The notes below the pieces were generated by a model. That model was not told where the DNA came from, did not search any database, and worked only from the letters and a program-made list of their open reading frames with translations. From the NCBI GenBank assembly GCA_963662795.1, contig OY759746.1, positions 3,867,450 to 3,931,449 on the forward strand: DNA of 64,000 bases, in the 5' to 3' direction. Of the stretch, positions 1 through 10,577 are shown one piece after another. This DNA comes from Spirochaetia bacterium. GTDB taxonomy: Bacteria; Spirochaetota; Spirochaetia; CADAEX01. Each line of letters begins with the position of its first letter. Position 1 is the stretch's first letter. The position numbers were made by a program, and so were the translations under genes.

Positions 1-515
1 CTGAATATTTTTATCCTCACCAGTGCGAATATGTCCTCCGCAAAAATATTTATCATGCCGGAAACAGTTCCGGGATAGCGGAATGAAAAACTGAATCTGA
101 AAGTCCCTTTGCTGTCTGATCTGTGCCTGCCTGTAGATAAGGGAGAAACAGAACCGGAAGTTCTCCCCTGTGCCTTGATGACAAGAGCGTAACGGGAAAA
201 CAGCGGCGGTTTCTTCCCCTCAGCTGTTACTGTCTGCCTGTTTAAAGGAGTGTCATCATTATCATTTAAAGGGGCGGAATCAATTATACCCTCAGATTTC
301 CATACAATCCTTTCAACAGGCGAAACTCTTGTGTAAAAAAAAATCAGCCCCCACACTGAAAGGATAAATACTATAAAAAATGAGGAAACTGATACAGCTG
401 TATAGTTGGATACAGTGAGTCCCCTTCCAAGCGAATAAAGTGAAAAGAAAAACATTACAGTTCCGGGAAGAGTAAAAGGATAACTGTTGATAAAAGCTTT
501 AAAAAGCTTCTTCAT
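1..515 (-). CDS. DUF58-like membrane protein, N-terminal part (runs off the window edge)
   Basis: ATG at 515-513 overlaps the MoxR stop (ATGA). The frame MKKLFKAFINSYPFTLPG...EDIFALVRIKIF is open to the edge with two hydrophobic segments. DUF58 genes typically follow MoxR. Confidence 0.6.
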   Translation of the reverse strand, partial: MKKLFKAFINSYPFTLPGTVMFFFSLYSLGRGLTVSNYTAVSVSSFFIVFILSVWGLIFFYTRVSPVERIVWKSEGIIDSAPLNDNDDTPLNRQTVTAEGKKPPLFSRYALVIKAQGRTSGSVSPLSTGRHRSDSKGTFRFSFSFRYPGTVSGMINIFAEDIFALVRIKIF

Positions 516-1519
516 CTCGCGACTTTAATTGATTCGATTATATCAGCAAGTATGCCGGCAGGAACTCCCGCGCTTTCCCTTACTGTAACCCTGTGGCTGA
601 TTGCAGGAACAAACAGCTCCTTGATTATATCAGGTGTAACATAGTTAAGCCCTCTCACCAGTGCAAGCGCTCTTGCAAGACGTGAAAGCTTGACGCCTGC
701 CCGCGGGCTTGCGCCCTGAAGCAGATAGGGATTCTCCCGGGTTGCCCTTATGGCTTTCACAATATAATCAACAAGCTCATTATGAATAGTAACCTTGTCT
801 ACCATCTCCTGCCATCCGATAAGTTCTTCCGCCTTTACAACCTGTTTGAAGGATGCCCACCCGTCGCTCCTGCTGTGCTGAATTACAATGCTTTTTTCAT
901 CATCAAAACCGGGAATGCCCATTGATATCTGTATCATAAACCTGTCAAGCTGCGGTGCGGGAAGAGGAAAGAGGTGCGCCCCTTCGAGGTTCATTGTGGC
1001 AATAATAAAAAACGGGGAAGGAAGATTATATGTCTTTCCTTCAACAGTTACCTTCTGTTCTTCCATAGCCTGGAAAAAAGAACCCTGTGTTTTGGGTGTA
1101 AGGAGGTTTATCTCATCACAGAGGACAAAATTTGCGAAAATCGGCCCCTTGCTGAACATGAAATTACCATCTTTGCCGTCAAGACGTGTATAACCGATTA
1201 TATCCTGAGGCAGCAGATCGACGGTACACTGTATCCTGCTGAACGGGTCGATCTGTATCGTGCTGTCTCCCGTATCAACAGTTTTATAGTGGGAATTATC
1301 GATTGAGCCTGCAAGGGCTCTTGCGAGTGATGTTTTACCGACACCGTGTGTATCTGCAAGGATGACATGACCGCCCGCTATCTTTGAGGCGATTATATAT
1401 TCGAGCCGCAGCCTGTTCACATAGATAACACTTTTAATATTATCTATAAGTGCTGCAATTTTTCCGCTTATTTCTACTGCCCGCTCTTCATGCAGGGCTT
1501 TTGACATGCTTTCTTCCAT
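512..1519 (-). CDS. MoxR-family AAA+ ATPase
   Basis: Walker A HGVGKT, RIQCTVDLLPQDIIG, Walker B LCDEIN, QLDRF, GASPR. Confidence 0.92.
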   Translation of the reverse strand: MEESMSKALHEERAVEISGKIAALIDNIKSVIYVNRLRLEYIIASKIAGGHVILADTHGVGKTSLARALAGSIDNSHYKTVDTGDSTIQIDPFSRIQCTVDLLPQDIIGYTRLDGKDGNFMFSKGPIFANFVLCDEINLLTPKTQGSFFQAMEEQKVTVEGKTYNLPSPFFIIATMNLEGAHLFPLPAPQLDRFMIQISMGIPGFDDEKSIVIQHSRSDGWASFKQVVKAEELIGWQEMVDKVTIHNELVDYIVKAIRATRENPYLLQGASPRAGVKLSRLARALALVRGLNYVTPDIIKELFVPAISHRVTVRESAGVPAGILADIIESIKVAR

Positions 1520-1703
1520 AATGTCTAGAATTTAATTCAAATTTCTTTTCTAATCAATCATTATTGTCAGGAGAAAGGAAAAGTGCCGCAATATTCCGGA
1601 GGGCTGCAAAAACTGAACCTGTAATGAAATATACAGGTCTCTGTATGATTTTAAAAAAGTAGAACATTACGAAAAGCTGTTGTATACTTAAGCAGATACA
1701 AAT

Positions 1704-3305
1704 ATGAACAAAATCGATATCATAAATCCGCCCAGCAATATCAAAACAAAAATCACCCTGCTTTCAACAGGAGTCGTTTTCATATCGCTCATCATGGTTG
1801 CGCTTCTTCTCGGCCAGTTTTCCTTTGTAAAGGTGGAAACCCTGCTTGATAACCATGTCATGAATATAGCGAGAACAGTTTCGCTTATCCCTGATATAAA
1901 AAAGAATATCGGAACGGAAAACGGGGATGAGATAATCCAGCCTATAACAGAGAACATCAGGAAAAAGACAGGAACAGAATACATAATTGTATTTGACTAT
2001 CAGAGAAAAAAATATTCAGATCCGGTTGTTTCAGAGATAGGAAAGGAGATATCGGGATGGGACTGGATGGATGTGCTTCTGGGGAGAGAATACATTCTTA
2101 AGGCATCAACACCTGCAGGTCCCATCCTTAAAGCCTATGTGCCTGTAGTCAACAATGAAAACAGACAGACAGGAGCAGTTCTTGTTGGAATGATGCTCAA
2201 AAATATAAACGACCTGTCTGTTGAAATCAGGTTCAGCATAACAGCTGTAACAATTATCGGGCTTTTTATCGGGATGATCGGCTCATCCATCCTTGCAGAC
2301 AATATCAAAAACACAATGTTTAACCTCGAACCCTATGAAATTGCCACATTTTTCATGGAATTCGAAGCAGTACTTGAATCAGTCAGGGATGCGATTATAG
2401 CTGTTGATGAGAACTGCATGATTACAATGGCAAACGGGGAAGCCAGAAGGATGCTCAATGTTGAAAAAATAAACAGGGGAGAAGACCTTAAACTGCTTAT
2501 GCCCAATTCCAGGCTTCCTGAAGTTATCGAGTCAGGAGAACCCGAGTTTGACCAGGAACAGACAATCGGTAACTTCAGGGTAATAGGAAACAAGATCCCG
2601 ATTGTTATCAAAGGAAAAATTACAGGCGCCATTGCAAGCTACAGGGACATAACTGAGATGCTCTCTCTTGCCGAAGAGCTCACCGGAGTAAAGGAATATG
2701 TTGAGGCGCTTCGGATCCAGAATCACGAATTCTCAAACAAGATGCACACTCTTTCGGGGCTTATCCAGCTCGAAGAATACGGCAAGGCGCTTGAATACAT
2801 ATCATCCCAGACAGATATTCACACAAACATCCTTTCTTTTGTCTCAAGAAAAATCCACAGCGCGGCAGTAGCCGGACTTCTGCTGGGGAAAAGAGGCAAA
2901 TGCCTTGAGCTGGGCGTTGACTTTACGATTGACCAGGACAGCAACCTTGGAAGAATAGGCTCAACTGACAGCAGTTCTCTGGTAGTCATAATAGGCAACC
3001 TGCTTGAAAACGCCATAACAGCTGTATCAGATAATGAGAAAGATAAGCGTAAAGTTATTTTCTCCATATTCCATGAACTTGATAAAGTATATATAACTGT
3101 AGCTGATAACGGAATCGGGGTTACCTCTGAAGTTGCAAAAAACATTTACAACAAGGGGTTCACTACCAAAAAGAACTATAACAGCGGCTACGGACTTTAT
3201 CTTACAAAATCAATAGTTGACTCCTATGACGGAGAAATCAATTTTGACAGGAACAAGGACGGAATGACAGAGTTTTTTATAATCCTTCCGATAAAAGAGG
3301 TATAG
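1704..3305 (+). CDS. CitA/DcuS-family sensor histidine kinase
   Basis: Two TM segments around a Cache-like domain, PAS, HEFSNKMH, GNLLENA, DNGIG, GYGL. Confidence 0.9.
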   Translation: MNKIDIINPPSNIKTKITLLSTGVVFISLIMVALLLGQFSFVKVETLLDNHVMNIARTVSLIPDIKKNIGTENGDEIIQPITENIRKKTGTEYIIVFDYQRKKYSDPVVSEIGKEISGWDWMDVLLGREYILKASTPAGPILKAYVPVVNNENRQTGAVLVGMMLKNINDLSVEIRFSITAVTIIGLFIGMIGSSILADNIKNTMFNLEPYEIATFFMEFEAVLESVRDAIIAVDENCMITMANGEARRMLNVEKINRGEDLKLLMPNSRLPEVIESGEPEFDQEQTIGNFRVIGNKIPIVIKGKITGAIASYRDITEMLSLAEELTGVKEYVEALRIQNHEFSNKMHTLSGLIQLEEYGKALEYISSQTDIHTNILSFVSRKIHSAAVAGLLLGKRGKCLELGVDFTIDQDSNLGRIGSTDSSSLVVIIGNLLENAITAVSDNEKDKRKVIFSIFHELDKVYITVADNGIGVTSEVAKNIYNKGFTTKKNYNSGYGLYLTKSIVDSYDGEINFDRNKDGMTEFFIILPIKEV

Positions 3306-3308
3306 GAA

Positions 3309-3989
3309 ATGGATATTCAGGTTCTGATAGTGGAAGACGACCCGATGGTTTCCGACATCCACAGAAAATTCATCACTTCAATTGATGGTTTTACTGTAAC
3401 AGGGATAGCGTCAACAGGTAAGGAAGCTCTTGAGATTCTTGATACAAAGGATATTAATTTAATCATTCTTGATATATTCATGCCGACAATGGACGGAATT
3501 GAGACAATGATAAAGATAAGGGAATCGGGAAAGGATGTTGATATTATCCTGATCACTGCCGCTATGGAAGGAGATACTGTAAAACGGTGCCTCAGGTTCG
3601 GCGCACTTGACTATATATTGAAACCTTTCAAATTTGAAAGGCTCTGCGCTTCACTTGAAAATTACAAAAAGATGTATCAGAAAAGATTTGAATATTCGGA
3701 TAAATATGCCCAAAGCGATATCGATAATCTTCTGCTTACAGCAAGGGATTTAAACAGCAGCAGTGAACTTCCGAAAGGATTGCAGAACTCGACACTTGAA
3801 AAAATTATTGAGAAGATGATTGAACTTGAACATCCCCTTTCAGCAGATGAAGTCGCAGTAATATGCGGAATTTCAAGAGTGACTGCAAGACGGTATCTTG
3901 AGTATCTTTTATACTACGGGAAAGCGGTTATTGAACCTCAGCACCTGAAAGTCGGAAGGCCTGTAAACAAGTACAGATATCTGAAATAA
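3309..3989 (+). CDS. CitB/DcuR-family response regulator
   Basis: VEDD...LDIFMP receiver domain; C-terminal SRVTARRYLEYL...GRP. Confidence 0.9.
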   Translation: MDIQVLIVEDDPMVSDIHRKFITSIDGFTVTGIASTGKEALEILDTKDINLIILDIFMPTMDGIETMIKIRESGKDVDIILITAAMEGDTVKRCLRFGALDYILKPFKFERLCASLENYKKMYQKRFEYSDKYAQSDIDNLLLTARDLNSSSELPKGLQNSTLEKIIEKMIELEHPLSADEVAVICGISRVTARRYLEYLLYYGKAVIEPQHLKVGRPVNKYRYLK

Positions 3990-4024
3990 TTTTTGCTGCT
4001 TCACATCAGTTACGGAGACTATAA

Positions 4025-5854
4025 ATGGAAATAAACTCAATATTCAAAGATATTTTCACAAACAAAAAAACCTTTGTAAACGCTGCAGGTTCAAATGAAG
4101 GGACATCTTCGGTTTCTTCATCCGGTCTTGCGGCAGCGGCAGAGAAGATGATACTTTCCGCCTCGGGATGGAGAAAAATATTTGCAGGCGGTACGGAAAA
4201 CAGCGGCCGGAATGTAACTGACGAGGATAAATTGCTCATAGCCGGTGCGGCAAATGTGTTTCATGCATGGATAAAAAAACGGTACGGAAAAGAAAGGGTG
4301 TGTATTGCCGCGGCGCTTGATTCAAGGCCAACCGGAGCGCTCCTCGGGGAAGCGGCTGTAAGAACGCTTTTATCTCTCGGGGCCGAGGTAAGATATCTTT
4401 ATATCTGTGCGGCGCCTGAGGTGATGGCATGGGTAAAGCAGAGTGAGGAAATTGACGGGTTTATCTATATCTCAGCAAGCCACAATCCTATAGGATATAA
4501 CGGGATCAAATTCGGGCCTGAGACCGGGGCAGTTCTCGGCGGAAGCGGCTCCGCGGAAATTATAAATAACTTTAAAGCGCTTATCAATGACAAGGGGTCA
4601 CCCATCCTGCTATCACATCTTCTGAACAATGCAGATCCTGATAAACTTGAAAAAGCGGCAGCGGATGCTGTCAAATGGAAAAGAGCTTCATATAAAACCT
4701 ATCTTGATTTTTCACTTCAAATATTCAATCCCGAAAGATCAAGCCTCTCCGCAGGCAGCGCCGGGAAGCGGAAAAGCGTTATAGGAATCGCGGGAGACCT
4801 TAACGGCAGCGCCAGATGCACTTCCATTGATAAAGAATTTTTCTCATCAATCGGGGTAAAATCTTTATTCGTAAACACAGAAGCGGGGAATATAAAGCAT
4901 CCTATCCTTCCTGAAGGGGAAAACCTCTCCTGGTGCAGGAATACACTGGAGGATGCCCATGCAAAAGACAGTTCATTCACCATCGGATATATGCCGGATA
5001 ACGACGGAGACAGGGGGAACCTTGTCTGGTTCGATGAGGATTCGCTTTCAGTCCGTATACTGAAAGCACAGGATGTCTTTGCCCTCACCTGTCTTGCAGA
5101 GCTTTCATTCATGACAGAATCAGGCATGCTTGAAGGGAAAAAAGGAGCTGTAGTCGTTAACGGCCCTACTTCCTGCCGGATTGAGAGAATCGCCTCCTCT
5201 TTCGGAGTCAAGGTCTTCCGCGCGGAAGTGGGAGAAGCAAACGCCGTAAGCCTTGCGCAGAAGCTTATTAATGAAGGCTGGGTTATCCGCTACCTGGGTG
5301 AAGGTTCAAACGGAGGCAGCATAACATTTCCGGCTACAGTACGGGACCCGCTTAACACAATCGGTGCCATAGTAAGACTGCTGCGCAGCAGAGGAAAAAA
5401 AGGAGAGACACTTAAGGAAATTATAAAAAGCCTCCCCCCGTTTACAACGACAGAGACAGACGACCCTCTCGCAAAAATGCATATTAAAACAGCCGATCAG
5501 GCCTTGCTGAAAGAAAGGTATGAAAATATTTTTCTAAGTGAATGGGAGGAAAAAAAATCCTATCTTGAAAAAGAGGCCGGCATAGCATCCTGGGAGGAAG
5601 TAAACTATATGCAGACCGATGCTGTAAAAGGCATGGGAAAAGAGTCACGCGGCAGCAGGGTTTCCGGGGGCCTGAAAATTCTCTTCAAAGACTCAGGTAA
5701 TAATGATAAAGGGTTTATCTGGATGAGAGGGTCCGGCACAGAGCCCGTTTTCCGCGTAATGGCTGACATCGAAGGGGAAAACAGCCCGCTTGAACGTTTT
5801 CTTGTTAAATGGCAGCGGGAGATGATAGAGAAAGCGGACTCATTTGCAAAATGA
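4025..5854 (+). CDS. Phosphoglucomutase/phosphomannomutase family protein
   Basis: SASHNP phosphoserine loop, DNDGDR metal loop, MRGSGTEP. Confidence 0.88.
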   Translation: MEINSIFKDIFTNKKTFVNAAGSNEGTSSVSSSGLAAAAEKMILSASGWRKIFAGGTENSGRNVTDEDKLLIAGAANVFHAWIKKRYGKERVCIAAALDSRPTGALLGEAAVRTLLSLGAEVRYLYICAAPEVMAWVKQSEEIDGFIYISASHNPIGYNGIKFGPETGAVLGGSGSAEIINNFKALINDKGSPILLSHLLNNADPDKLEKAAADAVKWKRASYKTYLDFSLQIFNPERSSLSAGSAGKRKSVIGIAGDLNGSARCTSIDKEFFSSIGVKSLFVNTEAGNIKHPILPEGENLSWCRNTLEDAHAKDSSFTIGYMPDNDGDRGNLVWFDEDSLSVRILKAQDVFALTCLAELSFMTESGMLEGKKGAVVVNGPTSCRIERIASSFGVKVFRAEVGEANAVSLAQKLINEGWVIRYLGEGSNGGSITFPATVRDPLNTIGAIVRLLRSRGKKGETLKEIIKSLPPFTTTETDDPLAKMHIKTADQALLKERYENIFLSEWEEKKSYLEKEAGIASWEEVNYMQTDAVKGMGKESRGSRVSGGLKILFKDSGNNDKGFIWMRGSGTEPVFRVMADIEGENSPLERFLVKWQREMIEKADSFAK

Positions 5855-5922
5855 CTTAAAAAACCTCCGGATCTTTTAAGCACATTGCCCGGTCTGCATC
5901 CCCCGCCGCTGTATGCACTTTA

Positions 5923-8625
5923 CTATTTTACGCTTAAGTTGAAAACACCGTCCCAGTTTTTGGGAGGCGGAGTCTTCTTGAAATCAACGCATCTTTTAAT
6001 ATAGGTAACCGCCGGCCCGTCATCGGGTGAAATACCTAATACCTTATTGAACAGATCGGCACACCCGTCCCAGTCCTGCCCCTGGAATTTCTCAAGCGCG
6101 CTGTGCGAAAGCTCAATAATTTCAAGTGTCTTATCCGATGCTTCCTTTTTCTCATCAATAAGCTCAAAAAGCTGTACCGGCCTGTTTATGCCCACTACCC
6201 TTACAGGATCAAGCTTCCTGCAGGCAAACCGGTTTTTTGTCTGGCTGATTGTATACTCGCTTGCAAGGATCCAGGTGCCGTACTGTTTGTTTACCCCTTC
6301 AAGGCGGGCGGCAAGGTTTACAGCGTTGCCCATAATTGTATAGTCCATCTTCCGTGCCGTACCCATGTTGCCGACAACCATCTCGCCGGTATTAATCCCT
6401 ATTCTTGTCATCAGGGGGCTCGGCGCAATCTGTTTATCAAGAAACACCTTGTTTATTTCCATCTCCATCTTCTTCATCTTTACTGCCGCCGAGCATGCCT
6501 GCTGCGCGTGGTCCGGAAACTCTACCGGCGCTCCGAAAAAGGAGATAATCGCGTCGCCCTCATATTTATCGATAGTACCCCTGCTGTCGAGTATGATATC
6601 ACTCATGGCAGTGAGATACTCGTTAAGAAGTTTTACAAGGTCTGACGGGTCAAGAGACTCTGAAATTGTGGAAAAGCCCCTTACATCAGTAAAAATCGCA
6701 GTAAGCTCTTTTTTATCTCCCCCGAGTTTAAGTTTTTCAGGATCGTTCATCAGCTGTGAGATTACATCCTGTGAAAGATAATGGCCGAATGCGTTTCTGA
6801 TAAATATTTTTTCCTTTGATGTGGTTATCAGGTTTACCATTGTATAGATAATAAATGTAACAAATACTGATGCTGCAGGTGTAATAACATTTACATACAT
6901 ACCGGTATATCTGAAAACAGCTGCGGCAGATGCAAGTATTAAAGCGATAAAAGAGAGCCCGATAATTATGGAAGTGCCGGCGCTTCTTCTTTTAATAACA
7001 GCAAAAACAAGAAGTGAAAACAGAAATGAGGCAAGTATTGGAATCCAGAAAGGAGCAATTGAAATAAACTGCCTGCTTAATATTGTGTTTGCAACTGAAG
7101 CATGAGTTCCTACATTCATATACTCTTTCTCAAAAGGGTTTACGCCAATATCGGTAGTTGATGTTCCGGTATGCCCGATAATGCAGAAAGACCCTTCGAC
7201 ATTTTCCCTTATAATCCGTCTTGCCTCCGCAAGTTCCGTGGATATTGAAATTGTCTTTGCGAATATATCAGGTACATCCTTTTTAAGCTCTGTATACTCA
7301 TTTTTAACGTCAGCAGGAATTGAATCAGAATTAATTACCGCATCAATATCGTTAAGAATCCTTTTTTCCGCATCCCCTGACAAAAAAGAGGCTGTTTCAA
7401 GAAGGAAATATTCCCTTACCTGCGCATATTCATCGAAATTTGATGTATCGCCTGACTCAACCATCCGGCTGAGAAGATCATCAGCATATTGATAGAGATC
7501 ATAAAGAGGAGTATCGCCGTTATAATATTCAAGATATCCTGCATGTTTCATAAGCTTAAGATTCTCGGCAAGCGACTTATAAAGCCTGTTGTGCATCTCA
7601 AGATACCAGTAAGTCATGTGCCTGAAACTTTTTTCATAGCTTTTTACAGGCCAGTTGATAAGAAGCTGACCGTCAACAAGTGGTATTGAGATATCCTCGG
7701 TTTTACCGTCAGGAAGGACCGCCCCTTTTAACAGAAGACTTCCTTTTCCTGCCTTAATCTCAGGCTTTCCCAGCCAGTCATAAAGCGGCGAAAAAGCAAG
7801 CTGGGGAAAGTACCTGCCCTTATAAACCCTTAACAGGTCTATCCTTCTCCTTACCCCGTCGTTATCGATAAACACATTGGGAAACCCAGCTCCCCTGCCG
7901 TTTTTAAGTACAGGTGCTATCGCGGGACGCAGGTCATCAGCCCGGAAAAAAATATCTCCCCCTGAATCAATTTTTATGGAGGAAATCGGGATATTTTCAG
8001 ATGCCCACTCTTTCAGTTCCGCAGGAACGCTGTCGTCAGTCCCTTTAAACATATTAACAGTAAAAAAAGCCTTGCCGAAATACCTTGCAGCCTTTCCCAG
8101 GTACTCATCATTATCCCGAGCCACACTGCCCATGGTATCGAGCAGATTAAGCTTTATGCTGTTGTTGATCTCCTTAAGCTGGGAAGCAAAATCAGATGCA
8201 TCCCGCACACGCAGCTGCCCTGAGGAAATCGCCCCGAAAAGGTCTGAAATATTGCTGTTAATTGTATCAAACTGCTGGTTTAAGGTATCAGGTATTTTAT
8301 TTTCAAGAAATTCTGCATTAATCCCTCTTGGGCTTTTTTCCGTATATTCAATATCAAATACAGCATATTCAGCCCTGAATTCTTTCAGGAGAAGCAGCCC
8401 GTCCGCCATTATGCTCCTGCTCCAGGGCCACACTCCTACTTTTGAGATAGCAAGATCATCAACGTCAATCAATACAATCTTCTTCTCTTCCGGAACTTCC
8501 GGCTTTATTCTTAAAAAAAGGTCATAAGCCCTGTGTTCATTGTCCTCCATGATCTGGGTAAAACTTAATATGGTAAATACAGCCGCAACAGCAAATGGCA
8601 TAAAATAAAGCAGATTTTTTTTCAT
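5923..8625 (-). CDS. CHASE2-domain class III adenylate cyclase (copy A)
   Basis: CHASE2 motifs WPWSR, FDI, DNDGVRR; 3 TM; FTDVRGFS, IDKYEGDA, DYTIMGNAVNLAARLE; helical C-terminal tail. Start placed at the ATG after a G-rich SD. Confidence 0.92.
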   Translation of the reverse strand: MKKNLLYFMPFAVAAVFTILSFTQIMEDNEHRAYDLFLRIKPEVPEEKKIVLIDVDDLAISKVGVWPWSRSIMADGLLLLKEFRAEYAVFDIEYTEKSPRGINAEFLENKIPDTLNQQFDTINSNISDLFGAISSGQLRVRDASDFASQLKEINNSIKLNLLDTMGSVARDNDEYLGKAARYFGKAFFTVNMFKGTDDSVPAELKEWASENIPISSIKIDSGGDIFFRADDLRPAIAPVLKNGRGAGFPNVFIDNDGVRRRIDLLRVYKGRYFPQLAFSPLYDWLGKPEIKAGKGSLLLKGAVLPDGKTEDISIPLVDGQLLINWPVKSYEKSFRHMTYWYLEMHNRLYKSLAENLKLMKHAGYLEYYNGDTPLYDLYQYADDLLSRMVESGDTSNFDEYAQVREYFLLETASFLSGDAEKRILNDIDAVINSDSIPADVKNEYTELKKDVPDIFAKTISISTELAEARRIIRENVEGSFCIIGHTGTSTTDIGVNPFEKEYMNVGTHASVANTILSRQFISIAPFWIPILASFLFSLLVFAVIKRRSAGTSIIIGLSFIALILASAAAVFRYTGMYVNVITPAASVFVTFIIYTMVNLITTSKEKIFIRNAFGHYLSQDVISQLMNDPEKLKLGGDKKELTAIFTDVRGFSTISESLDPSDLVKLLNEYLTAMSDIILDSRGTIDKYEGDAIISFFGAPVEFPDHAQQACSAAVKMKKMEMEINKVFLDKQIAPSPLMTRIGINTGEMVVGNMGTARKMDYTIMGNAVNLAARLEGVNKQYGTWILASEYTISQTKNRFACRKLDPVRVVGINRPVQLFELIDEKKEASDKTLEIIELSHSALEKFQGQDWDGCADLFNKVLGISPDDGPAVTYIKRCVDFKKTPPPKNWDGVFNLSVK

Positions 8626-8757
8626 GTCCCCTCCCCCGGGATTTTTTATATTATTCAATTTTTAATTTCATTCTACAGTAATTTATATTATAATTGTATA
8701 ATGTAATTATTAGAAATGAAATTACAAAAAGATATTTTAAAAAAACAAAGGAGTTTA

Positions 8758-9207
8758 ATGATGAAAAGAGCATTTTTATCTGCAGCTCTTTTTCTGACCG
8801 CGATGCTCATTTACAGTCAATCCAACGAGGAAATAGACGCATTTATGGCTAAAAAACAGGCGGATGTAGCAACAGCAGCTTACTTCACCCTTTCAGCAGC
8901 CGGAATGCAGAACGCCGCATCCACAGCAGAGGCAGCTCCCGGATACCTTAATGAGAACAAGTGGTTTAAGGAAGAGCTTAAAGGGGATGAGCTGCTTAAA
9001 GCAAGTGACGCATCATACCTTATCATGAAGGCATTCGCGCAGAAAGGCGGCCTTATGTATACAATCGCACCGGGACCGCGCTATGCGCTTAAGGAGATCA
9101 AGTACCTCAAACTCATTGATCAGAAAACAGACCCCGCAAAGATAATGACCGGGGAAGAGTTCATGATACTTCTTTCTGAATTCCTGTCATGGAAGGAGAC
9201 AAACTGA
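8758..9207 (+). CDS. Small secreted protein (SLH-like?), paralog of 23589..24071
   Basis: Signal peptide; GGLMYTIAPGPRYALKE motif shared with the paralog; stop overlaps the next start (TGATG). Confidence 0.7.
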   Translation: MMKRAFLSAALFLTAMLIYSQSNEEIDAFMAKKQADVATAAYFTLSAAGMQNAASTAEAAPGYLNENKWFKEELKGDELLKASDASYLIMKAFAQKGGLMYTIAPGPRYALKEIKYLKLIDQKTDPAKIMTGEEFMILLSEFLSWKETN

Positions 9208-10523
9208 TGAAAAAAGCACTTTTTATTTTACTTGCGGCATTTGCCGCAGTATCGTTAGCATCAGCTGTCGATTTCGGGGGAAACCTTGAAAATTATTCAC
9301 TTATAACCAGCGATGATGATTCACAGAAACAGACAGACAAGGCAGCCCTCTGGTTTGGCGTATCCCCGTCTGAAACAATATATATCAAGGGACAGGGAAG
9401 CGTTGCCTACTCACTCGATGATTACGACTTTCTTGCCGATATTGACTACCTCTATATCACACAGGATTTCCCGGGAGCAATAAATGAGCAATCAGCTTTC
9501 ACCTACAAGGCGGGAAGGTTTTTCCAGTCGGAATTCACAGGTAAAGTATTTGCCCACAGGCTTGACGGGGCTCTTTTTACTCTTGCGCTTCCGATAGCAA
9601 ACTTTTCACTCGGAGCAGGCTATACAGGTCTTTTACTCAAGCCGGTTTCCGGCGTAAACAATACAGCGGCAGATATGGTTGATGATTCTGATGATGATGT
9701 AAAACTTGCACCCAAAAAGATGATAGTAAGACTTGGCGCAAGCTTTATTGATATTATGCCTGCGCAGCAGCTTGATGTTTCGTTTGTAACCCAGTTTGAC
9801 ATGAGAAGCGACGACCTGCTTGAAGACGGCGATGCTGCAACAGAAGACGGCAACGGCGGAAAACTCAACACATACTATATAGGAGCAGGGCTTTCCGGGG
9901 CAATTACAGGTTCATTTATATATGACACATACCTTTATTATCAGCTTGGGAAAACCCTTACCCTGATTGATGACGAATTTACCGATAAACCCATAAGCGC
10001 AATTCTCCTGGGCGGAAGCCTGAGCTACCTTAACAGGGAGTTCTACAGGTCAAAGGTGACCGGGTCTCTGCTTTACGCAAGCGGCGATGACGATAATACC
10101 TCGGTTTATGAAGGCAACACAAAGGGAAGCGGCACACAGTTCATGCCGGTGTCCTCATCTTCAACCGGGCTTATATTCTCCCCAACTCCGTCTAATTTAC
10201 TTAAGGCAGGGCTTGAATACTCAATGAAGCCTTTTGCGGAAAGCAAAAATATGATGAAAAACTTCCAGGCTGCAGTCAGCGCCGGAATTTTCTACAAGGC
10301 ATCTGAAGGAGCTGTTTCGGAGTCCAAGGCTTCGGCAGTCTCTGATGAAAAATACCTTGGAACTGAAGCGCTGCTGACGCTCAACTTCAGGCCGGTATCG
10401 GATTTCGGTCTCACGCTCGCAGGAGGAGCTTTCTTCCCGAACGACAGCAAAGACGGCCCAATGGGTGAGGATTACAGGGATACTGAGGCAGGCGTAATGA
10501 TCAACGTCTCTCTCAGTTTCTAG
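9207..10523 (+). CDS. Outer-membrane beta-barrel protein (copy A)
   Basis: Signal peptide, alternating amphipathic strands, C-terminal beta-signal INVSLSF. Confidence 0.78.
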   Translation: MKKALFILLAAFAAVSLASAVDFGGNLENYSLITSDDDSQKQTDKAALWFGVSPSETIYIKGQGSVAYSLDDYDFLADIDYLYITQDFPGAINEQSAFTYKAGRFFQSEFTGKVFAHRLDGALFTLALPIANFSLGAGYTGLLLKPVSGVNNTAADMVDDSDDDVKLAPKKMIVRLGASFIDIMPAQQLDVSFVTQFDMRSDDLLEDGDAATEDGNGGKLNTYYIGAGLSGAITGSFIYDTYLYYQLGKTLTLIDDEFTDKPISAILLGGSLSYLNREFYRSKVTGSLLYASGDDDNTSVYEGNTKGSGTQFMPVSSSSTGLIFSPTPSNLLKAGLEYSMKPFAESKNMMKNFQAAVSAGIFYKASEGAVSESKASAVSDEKYLGTEALLTLNFRPVSDFGLTLAGGAFFPNDSKDGPMGEDYRDTEAGVMINVSLSF

Positions 10524-10577
10524 CTTTTATACAGATATGATTATGGATGAATTGCATCCAAGTTTTTGGAGGACAAA

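Noticed and set aside
1619-1636. E. coli-type LexA box
   Set aside because: The CTGT/ACAG spacing is 10 bp rather than 8 bp.
6047-8527. Long plus-strand ORFs (e.g. 6103..6645, 7877..8527) repeated at both cyclases
   Set aside because: Antisense shadows of the paralogous cyclase genes.
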